A stretch of 64,000 nucleotides of DNA, from contig CBDCWC010000003.1 of assembly GCA_965223295.1 (NCBI GenBank), forward strand, positions 1,440,001 to 1,504,000, given 5' to 3'. The position numbers and the translations under genes are program-made. This document shows, in pieces, positions 9,430-17,261 of this stretch. Origin of the DNA: Nitrospirales bacterium (GTDB lineage Bacteria > Nitrospirota > Nitrospiria > Nitrospirales > UBA8639). The notes under the pieces are model-generated. The model saw only the letters and a program-made list of their open reading frames with translations, made no database searches and was not told the origin of the DNA. Within the stretch, counting starts at the first letter, position 1. Every line of letters starts with the position of its first letter.

Positions 9430-10515
9430 TTACTCCTTTCCAGCCCAAGCTTTTTCATCCATTTGTGCAGCGGCAGCCTCCAGTTTGTCAAGGATAACCC
9501 CGGAATTATAGGAAATTAATCCGTCACGGTCTTGCTTTAATCGTGCAAACAATTCGGCATGGGGCCGCAACACTTCCACATCTTTCACTTTTTCCAAGGC
9601 TTCCACCGCCAAAATGCGAAGAGGACGAATAGGAATGACTTCAATAAAGAGCTCTACAGGACGAGAATCGCCGATGAGCCCCAAAGATTTCAAGGCATGT
9701 TCCTTCACGCCCGTGTCCTTATCTGACCGTAATCGTTCCATGAGAGGTTCAACGGCTCGAACATCGCCAATTTTACCTAAGGTGTCAGCTACGGCTTCCC
9801 GCACGATCCAGTCGTCATCTTCCAAATATTCCAAAAGAATTTCGACGGCTGGTCGACCAATGTGGTGCAATTGAATCACCGTCTCTTGCCGGGCTCCTTC
9901 TTTCAACTCCGATTCTTCCACATCCCGTAAGTCATCCAAGAGTTGATCAATACGATCACGAATCGCCCCAAGTTTTCGGAGAGTATCAGTAGCCAAGTCA
10001 CGAAGGTTCGGATCAGCCATTGCATCGACAAAGGCATCGGCTGATCGGGGATCCAGGAGCTGAGACAAAATTTCAGCAGCTCGCTGACGAATAGATTCAT
10101 CAGGATCTTTCAGACGTTCCGACAGTGGCCCGATAGACGTGGGAATCACCCCTAATAACGCGGTCACACGTTCTTGAATTCGCTCATCGGTTAAATGTTC
10201 CAACAGTGCGGCTGCGGTGGGTTCATCCAGAACGCCGGCCAGGTGTTCCAGTGCATCCATTGTAGCCTGACGAACTTCTTCGTCCTCTTCTTTCATGAGC
10301 CCCGCGAGAGCCAGTCCTGCTCGAGGATCCCCTAGACGGGCGAGCATTCTAATGGCTTCAATTTTATAATGAGAAGTTCCGGTTTCAATGGCCTGAATAA
10401 TCGCTTCTACAGCTTTAGGTCCACCTTTCATACAAGTGGACGTGGCGCGCATACGCCGCCAATCTTCTTCGTGATCCAACTCGGAAATAATCGTTTCAAA
10501 CGTTTCTTTTGGCAT
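9430..10515 (-). CDS. HEAT/PBS-lyase repeat protein
   Basis: Repeats VREAVADTLGKIGD, VKEHALKSLGLIGD. Confidence 0.9.
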   Translation of the reverse strand: MPKETFETIISELDHEEDWRRMRATSTCMKGGPKAVEAIIQAIETGTSHYKIEAIRMLARLGDPRAGLALAGLMKEEDEEVRQATMDALEHLAGVLDEPTAAALLEHLTDERIQERVTALLGVIPTSIGPLSERLKDPDESIRQRAAEILSQLLDPRSADAFVDAMADPNLRDLATDTLRKLGAIRDRIDQLLDDLRDVEESELKEGARQETVIQLHHIGRPAVEILLEYLEDDDWIVREAVADTLGKIGDVRAVEPLMERLRSDKDTGVKEHALKSLGLIGDSRPVELFIEVIPIRPLRILAVEALEKVKDVEVLRPHAELFARLKQDRDGLISYNSGVILDKLEAAAAQMDEKAWAGKE

Positions 10516-10529
10516 TACTGTTCATTTGG

Positions 10530-11621
10530 TTAGAGGCGAACTTGTCCAGGTCTCCATCCGAGGTGGGAAAGGGATTCCAATACATGATGACGGAGATTGT
10601 CATTCTTTGTGGTCTTCAACAGTTGCAATAATGGGGTTTTGGCGGCAGCCCCGAAATGTGTGAGTGCTTCGGCAGACTCTTGGCGGAGTAATGTGCTGCG
10701 CAAGGCATCCATAAGAACCGGAACCGCTTGTGGGTCACCAATCTTCGCCAAGGCTTTCACGGCGGCCTCTAAAGGCGGAAGTTCTTCTTTATATTTTGGG
10801 TCCGTGCAACCCTCCATGCGCTCCTCGTATGCGTCAGCTGGAAGCGATTGGACAAGGGCCATCAATGGAGGCAGAGCTTCAACTGCTCGTAAGTTCCCCA
10901 GAGCCTCAATGGCTTTCAGTTGTAACGATGGTGTGGTGAGGGCATCTATTAACAAGGGAACGGCATGAGGATTCCCAATCTCACCCAGGGCTCGTACGGC
11001 ATCTTGCCTCACCGCAGAGTCGGAATCGTTCGCCACAAGATTCATCAAGGGAGCCACCGCGACCTCAGGTTTCAAAAGCGAGAGGGCCTCAATTGCACGC
11101 AAGCGGACACGCCAGTTCGGATCCTCCAGTCCTTTCAGAAGGGGAGGAATGCTGACTTCACCCAGGGCTTGAATTGCGCGGCTAGCTTCGTCCCGAACGG
11201 CTGGAACTTTATCTTGAAGCAACAAGATTAATGTATCAATCGAACGCGGATCTTTGATACGTGTGAGGCCTTTGGCGGCAGACATGCGTACAATCCAATT
11301 GGGATTCAACAGGGCCGAGAGCAGGGGCTCAAAAACTTGTTCATCAGCAATATTTGCGAGAATAGACGCTGCCGTTTCTTGGACTTGCAAGTTCGGATCA
11401 TTCAGGCAAAAGCCTAATGAGAGCACAGCCGGTTGCCCTAGAGTAGTTAAGGAGGCTGCCGCTGCTTCCCGAACGGCACGGTCTGAATCTCGAAGCAAGC
11501 GAATCAAGGGTTGAATGCTTCGGGGGTCGTCAAATTGTCCGAGAGCAACGGCCGCATCTTCTCGGACGCCCCAATCTTCATCATCCAAGGCGGCAATATG
11601 TTCAGCGACGGAATCAGGCAT
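10530..11621 (-). CDS. HEAT/PBS-lyase repeat protein
   Basis: Repeats VREDAAVALGQF, VRQDAVRALGEIG. ATG 11621 preferred as start. Confidence 0.9.
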   Translation of the reverse strand: MPDSVAEHIAALDDEDWGVREDAAVALGQFDDPRSIQPLIRLLRDSDRAVREAAAASLTTLGQPAVLSLGFCLNDPNLQVQETAASILANIADEQVFEPLLSALLNPNWIVRMSAAKGLTRIKDPRSIDTLILLLQDKVPAVRDEASRAIQALGEVSIPPLLKGLEDPNWRVRLRAIEALSLLKPEVAVAPLMNLVANDSDSAVRQDAVRALGEIGNPHAVPLLIDALTTPSLQLKAIEALGNLRAVEALPPLMALVQSLPADAYEERMEGCTDPKYKEELPPLEAAVKALAKIGDPQAVPVLMDALRSTLLRQESAEALTHFGAAAKTPLLQLLKTTKNDNLRHHVLESLSHLGWRPGQVRL

Positions 11622-11782
11622 GTGACTGTGAGCCAAAAAAATGGTTCAGCTTCCTTGTCGAAAATTAGCTGGTACCTTTTCAAACTACCTAGGGAAAACC
11701 CGAAGGTCGACGTTACCACACGATTTTTTTTGCGGTCAAACTGGAAGAAGCTAAGAGGAGAAGAGAATGATATTGATGGGAT

Positions 11783-12148
11783 TTAGACTGATCGAAAGAC
11801 GGCTAACAGATCACTTAACGTCAACATTTTCACTCGTAAGACTTCCCGTTCTGTATGGAGAATACGGGACTGATCTCCATTGCCAGGATTCTTGAGAAAA
11901 TCCTGACACATCGCTGTGATCCGTTGAAACTCCACTTCGGCTTTGTCTCTCACCACACGGTTGGTGGCCAGTAGTTCTGCAACTTGGTCGTGAGTCGTTG
12001 CCAAATGTTGTTGAAACTCCTGTTCGGGAAGTGAGCGCCGGTGCTCCTCGTCTAAACATCGATCAATATACTGGCCTAAGAACACATAAAATCGGAGTAC
12101 TGTTTCGGTCGTCGTAATGTGAGGTACGTTTGAATCTTGTTCAGTCAT
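11783..12148 (-). CDS. Hypothetical helical protein
   Basis: 121-aa ORF, same strand as the HEAT genes. Confidence 0.65.
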   Translation of the reverse strand: MTEQDSNVPHITTTETVLRFYVFLGQYIDRCLDEEHRRSLPEQEFQQHLATTHDQVAELLATNRVVRDKAEVEFQRITAMCQDFLKNPGNGDQSRILHTEREVLRVKMLTLSDLLAVFRSV

Positions 12149-12309
12149 CGGAACGCCTTAAAATTAATTAGTTTGAGAAAAAACACAAACAAGTTTAGAC
12201 CAGAATAGCGGGAAATGTGAGTAAAATCTACAAGGAAAATGAGATAGAGCTGAAAACTATTGATATCTTATCATTGCTCAATAGTCTTTTGTAATCAAAG
12301 TGATTACAA

Positions 12310-12546
12310 ATGGATAAAGACACCAGAAATGTGATGGTCCGGTTGCCCGTCAGAATGCAGAAAAAGCTTGAACAAGTCCCTGCAGGAGTTGATCCATAAA
12401 GAAATTGGATAATCAACCATGCTATTGAAAATTACTTGGAGGTGTATGATTGGCAAAAAAACGCATTCGTGAATACCTGAAAAAAGTCGAAAAGGGAGGG
12501 AAATTCTATACGACGGAGCAAGTCAATGATGTCTCGAATCCTTTAA
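12310..12546 (+). pseudogene. CopG/ribbon-helix-helix antitoxin remnant
   Basis: MDKDTRNVMVRLPVRMQKKLEQVPAGVDP*RNWIINHAIENYLEVYDWQ, then a frameshift into RIREYLKKVEKGGKFYTTEQV. Internal stop plus frameshift. Confidence 0.75.
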
Positions 12547-12771
12547 GAGATTGTCGAATAATACAAAACACGAGAGACAAGCTTGCTCATGATCACGTCG
12601 GATAGCAACAGCTTCGGGGCGGTTCAAAAAAGTCCGCTCGCCTGCGCGAAGCCGCTTCGGCGAAGCCAGGTCCAGCAAGGCCACAGCCATTTTTGCGCGA
12701 GGAGCGTACTAGTCCTACGTGAGCACGGAACAATGGTGAGAACGGTGCTGGAGGCTTTTTTCAACAGCCCC
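12547..12771 (-). mobile_element. MITE family 1, copy 2 (inverted, carries a 34-bp palindromic insert)
   Basis: Ends GAGATTGTCGAATAA (12547) and TTTTTCAACAGCCCC (12771). Flanks TTTAA and TCTAA match 4/5. Confidence 0.82.
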
Positions 12772-12782
12772 TCTAAGCCATG

Positions 12783-12924
12783 ATGAAAGTTGTGTGGTAT
12801 TGAAGAAGCTCTCCGTGATCTCAAAGAAATTGGTCGGTAAATCGCTGAGGATGATCCATCTGCGGCCGACCAGGTACTTACTAAAATCGAAGCATCTACA
12901 AATTTTCCCCAACATCATTCGTAA
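12783..12924 (+). pseudogene. RelE/ParE-family toxin remnant
   Basis: MKVVW, frameshift, then IEEALRDLKEIGR*IAEDDPSAADQVLTKIEAST, a typical ParE N-terminus; truncated. Confidence 0.75.
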
Positions 12925-12997
12925 TTCGTCTCTCGCCACTCTGACTCTAACCGTACAGGGAGCATCAGGCTGCGATGAGGGTAAAAACCAAGACTTC

Positions 12998-13216
12998 TTA
13001 TGCCCATGACCGTTTTGATCGATTGATCTTATTACCGGTAAAGTGCCCGCAGCGCACACAACAAATACAGAACGGGGTCAGTTCATTGTTCCAGTCAGAA
13101 TGAATGTAGTCCTCGGGCACGAAGCGATCCGGCCATTCGTGTGGATATCCTTCCTGCGATATGGTGTGTCCACACGAAGGATTTTTACATTCTATGACGC
13201 TGACGATCCGGCTCAT
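12998..13216 (-). CDS. Small Cys-rich, zinc-ribbon-like protein
   Basis: CKNPSCGH and CICCVRCGH; GAGGA SD upstream. Confidence 0.6.
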   Translation of the reverse strand: MSRIVSVIECKNPSCGHTISQEGYPHEWPDRFVPEDYIHSDWNNELTPFCICCVRCGHFTGNKINRSKRSWA

Positions 13217-13299
13217 AGTCTATGCTGATCCTCACTGTGACACTGCACTTGTAATTCTATCACAGGTCGTATCTTAACGTATGTTCTTGCTTTCCTAAG

Positions 13300-13376
13300 A
13301 CAGACCCGAGGCCTCTGACATGTGACGTTGCAGAGGCTAAATGTGGCCATTGATGTCATCATTATTCAACACTCTT
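13300..13376 (+). repeat. Solo right end of MITE family 1
   Basis: Aligns along its length with ~15065-15141, ending TTATTCAACACTCTT. Confidence 0.8.
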
Positions 13377-13422
13377 CTAGACGAAATAGGCAAATAGATT
13401 CTAGTCTGATTCTCAAAGAAAA

Positions 13423-14913
13423 CTACTTTCCGACTTCTTCCTTGAAGGATTTGAGGAGGGAGATGATGAGAAGGATAATGACGAAGACGAAGGGGAAGGC
13501 GGCGAGGATGGCACCGGTTTGGAGACCTTTAAGGCCGCCGGACCAGAGGAGAATGGCTGCGGAGAGGGATTGAATGATGCCCCACGTAAATTTGATGTGA
13601 TTGGGTGGGTTGAGGCTGCCGTTAGTAGTCAAGGTTCCTAATACAAAAGTGGCCGAATCAGCTGAGGTGATAAAAAACGTGCCGATGAGGAAGATGGCAA
13701 TGAGCGACATGATCGTGCCCATGGGATATTGTTCTAAGACTGTGAAGAGCAGCACTTCCATCCCCTGTGATTCCATAACTTCTTTTAATGGCACGTTCTG
13801 AAAAAGCTCTAGGGAAATTCCTGTCCCGCCAAAGACCGTAAACCAGAAGGCACAAAAGATGGAGGGGACCAGTAAGACGCCTAGGACAAATTGGCGTACT
13901 GTCCGGCCTTTAGAAATTCTCGCGATAAAGGTTCCCACAAATGGCGCCCAGGCAATCCACCAGGCCCAGTAAAAGAGGGTCCAATCATGAATCCAGGTGG
14001 AATCGCTAAATGGATCCAGGTTGAGACTCATCGTTGGGAGGTTTTGAAGGTAATGCCCAAAGGTTGATGAGAAGACCGTCATAATAAAGTGGGTGGGTCC
14101 TAGAAATAATAAGAAGCAGAGTAACGAAAGGGCCAGGATCATGTTCAAATTACTAAGGTATTTAATCCCTCGTTGGAGGCCTGTTTGGGCTGAGAGCATG
14201 AAGAGCACGGTGACGATGGCGATTAAGGTCAACTGCGTCGTCAGTAAGTTGGGAAGGTCAAATACGTAAGACAATCCCCCGCTAATCTGCACGGCCCCAA
14301 AGCCCAGTGATGTGGCCACGCCGAAGACGGTGGCAAAGACGGCCACCACATCCACAGCGTATCCTAGCGGCCCGGTCGCGTGTCTGCCCAAGGCAGGCTG
14401 ACAGCCCAGACTAAAGAGTCCGGGCGTACCTTTTCGAAATTGAAAATAGGCCAGGGCTAAGGCAACCATGGTGTAAATTCCCCAAGGGTGAAGTCCCCAA
14501 TGAAAAAAGGAATATTGGAGAGCCAGACGTGCTGCTTGGGATGTTCCTCCTTCTCCGAATGGCGGGTCATGAAAATGTGACGTGGGTTCGGCAACTCCCC
14601 AAAACACCAGCCCTATGCCCATGCCGGCGCAAAAGAGCATGGCAAACCAGGTGGGAAGGTTAAACTCTGGTTTGGCATCATCTGGTCCGAGTGGAATATC
14701 CCCCCACCGGGAAAAAATCAAACAAAGAGCGCAAAGAAGAAAGCTGGAAGCGGCTAACACATAAAGCCAACCAAAGGAATCTAACATGGCTGTCTGAAGG
14801 GAACCAGTGATAGTGGCCAAATGATCAGGTGCGATCCCACCCCACAAAAGGAACAGAAAGGCCAAGGAGCAGGAGATGTTAAAAACGAGGGTGTTGGATT
14901 TGAAAGGGTTCAT
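13423..14913 (-). CDS. BCCT-family glycine betaine transporter (OpuD/BetP-like)
   Basis: WFAMLFCAGMGIGLVFWG, FHWGLHPW, WTLFYWAWWIAWAPFVGTFIARISKGRT. Confidence 0.95.
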   Translation of the reverse strand: MNPFKSNTLVFNISCSLAFLFLLWGGIAPDHLATITGSLQTAMLDSFGWLYVLAASSFLLCALCLIFSRWGDIPLGPDDAKPEFNLPTWFAMLFCAGMGIGLVFWGVAEPTSHFHDPPFGEGGTSQAARLALQYSFFHWGLHPWGIYTMVALALAYFQFRKGTPGLFSLGCQPALGRHATGPLGYAVDVVAVFATVFGVATSLGFGAVQISGGLSYVFDLPNLLTTQLTLIAIVTVLFMLSAQTGLQRGIKYLSNLNMILALSLLCFLLFLGPTHFIMTVFSSTFGHYLQNLPTMSLNLDPFSDSTWIHDWTLFYWAWWIAWAPFVGTFIARISKGRTVRQFVLGVLLVPSIFCAFWFTVFGGTGISLELFQNVPLKEVMESQGMEVLLFTVLEQYPMGTIMSLIAIFLIGTFFITSADSATFVLGTLTTNGSLNPPNHIKFTWGIIQSLSAAILLWSGGLKGLQTGAILAAFPFVFVIILLIISLLKSFKEEVGK

Positions 14914-14950
14914 TAATGAGGAGACCTAGCGCACTGAGTGTAGCCCTACC

Positions 14951-15141
14951 GGGTTTGTTGAAAAAAGCCGTCAACGGCGTTCTCGCTATTTTTCCGTGCT
15001 CACATAATGCCAGTATACTCCGCGCGCAAAAATAGCTGCGGCCTTGCTGAACGGACTTTTTTGAACAGCCCTGAGGCCTCTGGCATCTGAGGTCGCAGAG
15101 ACGAAATGTGGCCGTTGATATCGTTATTATTCAACAGTCCC
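14951..15141 (+). mobile_element. MITE family 1, copy 3
   Basis: Ends GGGTTTGTTGAAAAA and TTATTCAACAGTCCC. Perfect 5-bp duplication CTACC (14946-14950, 15142-15146). Confidence 0.9.
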
Positions 15142-15392
15142 CTACCATAAATAGTCGTAGTGAACAACAAAAAAGGACGAGATATAACGGATTTGAGCAG
15201 ACGTTAAAGTTATATATAACCGACCTTTTGGTTGGTAGTTTTGGGGAGATGGTCGACTTTTTATAAGTGTTAATTGCTAAGTTATTTGTGGAGGATTTCT
15301 TGTTTAATTCCATAATTTCTTGTGTTTAGTATCTAAAGGCTTGCTCTCATGGGCGTAAATGGTTACATTCAAAGCTCTTCGGTACGCAATCG

Positions 15393-15434
15393 GGCCTTCC
15401 AAACGCTCGCAAGAGAAGTTCGGGGGCCTTTTTT
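15393..15434 (+). terminator. Intrinsic terminator in the 5' leader of the methyltransferase gene (candidate attenuator)
   Basis: GGCCTTCC-AAAC-G-CTC-GCAA-GAG-AA-GTTC-GGGGGCC followed by TTTTTT, ~150 nt before the start codon, with no upstream same-strand gene to terminate. Confidence 0.7.
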
Positions 15435-15587
15435 ATTTCCCAATCATTGGAGGAGTGCAGGAATTCCGCACAAATATTGTGGAACCATTCTTTTGTCATA
15501 TCCCCCTCAACATACTGTGGTCTTTTCTTGACTCTCTTTCATGGAAGAGGGGTTTAGGCGGCGGTGCTCTTTTAGGAGGTTAGTCCC

Positions 15588-17249
15588 ATGGGTAAGAAGC
15601 AAGCGTATGGAGATAATCCCATCGCCAAACGAAAAACGGACCTGTACAAGGAGGAGTACGTCCATAGTTTTGTCCAAAAATGGGATGACCTGATTGACTG
15701 GGAAGCACGGGCCTCGAGTGAAGGTGACTTTTTTATCCGATTGTTAAAGGAGCGGGGGGTCCAACGTATTTTAGACGTGGCAACGGGAACAGGGTTTCAT
15801 TCTATCAGGCTCCTTCGGGCAGGATTCGATGTCACCAGTGCCGACGGTAGTCCAGAAATGTTAGCTAGAGCGTTTGAAAATGCCAGGCGAGCGGGCTTTA
15901 TTATGCGGACCATTCATGCTGATTGGCGGTGGTTGAGCCGGGATATCCACAATAAATATGATGCAGTCATTTGTTTAGGGAATTCTCTAACCCATTTGTT
16001 TGCCGAACAAGACCGGCGAAAAGCTCTGGCGGAATTTTACACAGCGTTGAAACATGATGGTGTGCTCATTCTGGATCAACGGAATTACGATGGCATATTA
16101 GATGATGGCTTTACCTCCAAGCATGTTTATTACTATTGCGGAGATAATGTCAGCGCGGAACCAGAATATGTCGATGAAGGGCTCGCACGGTTTCGCTATA
16201 CCTTTCCTGATAAAGAAATATTTCATTTGAATATGTATCCCTTACGGAAAGAATATACGCGGCGCCTTATGAATGAGGTGGGGTTTCAACAGGTCAAAAC
16301 CTATGCGGATTTTCAAGAAACCCACAAAGTCGAGGATCCCGATTTTTATGTCCATGTGGCTGAAAAGCTCTATAAAAATGAGGAACGTCCAACAACAATC
16401 TTAGGTAATTTGGGAGGACAGGCCTATTCCACTACGGTTGATACGGCTCGTGAATACTACAACAGTACGGATGCCGATCGGTTTTATGCCACGATTTGGG
16501 GTGGCGAGGATATCCATATTGGACTCTATGAATCTGAGAATGATTCAATTCTTGATGCCAGTAGACGGACTGTGGAGAAGATGGCCTCGACCGTCCAGAA
16601 TCTTGATTCAAAAACCCGTGTGTTGGATATCGGATCGGGGTATGGGGGCTCAGCTCGCTATCTGATGAAGAAATTTGGCTGTCAGGTAGGTTGCCTGAAT
16701 TTGAGCGAGATTCAAAATAAGCGAAATCGGGAATTGAATCAAAAAGAAGGGATTAGCCTGGCCATTAATGTTATTGATGGGAGCTTTGAAGAGATTCCCT
16801 TACCCGATAGCAGCGTTGATCTGGTGTGGTCGCAAGATGCTATTCTGCATAGCGGCGACCGCAAGAAGGTGTTTGAGGAAGTCTCTCGTGTTTTGGCAAA
16901 AGGCGGGCAATTCATCTTTACCGACCCGATGCAAAGTGAAAAATGTCCGAAAGATGTCTTGCAGCCTATTTTGGATCGCATTCATTTAGATTCTTTGGGA
17001 TCGATTGAATATTATCAGAAAGTCGCCAAAAAATTTGGATTACAAGAAATCGGAGTTATCGACTTATCAAAAAATTTACCGGCCCACTATGCACGTGTGC
17101 TTCAAGAGCTTGTGGCTCAACATAACAATCTTATTCGTGTGTGTTCGGAAGAATACCTGGTCAATATGAAAGTTGGATTACAGCATTGGGTCGATGCGGG
17201 AATGTCAGGGCACTTGACCTGGGGAATTTTACATTTCCAAAAAACCTAG
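15588..17249 (+). CDS. Fused glycine/sarcosine N-methyltransferase and sarcosine/dimethylglycine N-methyltransferase (glycine betaine synthesis)
   Basis: N-half: ILDVATGTGFH, CLGNSLTHL, DQRNYD. C-half: YYNSTDADRFYATIWGGEDIHIG, VLDIGSGYGG, WSQDAILH. AGGAGG SD; adjacent BCCT. Confidence 0.92.
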   Translation: MGKKQAYGDNPIAKRKTDLYKEEYVHSFVQKWDDLIDWEARASSEGDFFIRLLKERGVQRILDVATGTGFHSIRLLRAGFDVTSADGSPEMLARAFENARRAGFIMRTIHADWRWLSRDIHNKYDAVICLGNSLTHLFAEQDRRKALAEFYTALKHDGVLILDQRNYDGILDDGFTSKHVYYYCGDNVSAEPEYVDEGLARFRYTFPDKEIFHLNMYPLRKEYTRRLMNEVGFQQVKTYADFQETHKVEDPDFYVHVAEKLYKNEERPTTILGNLGGQAYSTTVDTAREYYNSTDADRFYATIWGGEDIHIGLYESENDSILDASRRTVEKMASTVQNLDSKTRVLDIGSGYGGSARYLMKKFGCQVGCLNLSEIQNKRNRELNQKEGISLAINVIDGSFEEIPLPDSSVDLVWSQDAILHSGDRKKVFEEVSRVLAKGGQFIFTDPMQSEKCPKDVLQPILDRIHLDSLGSIEYYQKVAKKFGLQEIGVIDLSKNLPAHYARVLQELVAQHNNLIRVCSEEYLVNMKVGLQHWVDAGMSGHLTWGILHFQKT

Positions 17250-17261
17250 AAGCATTAAGAA

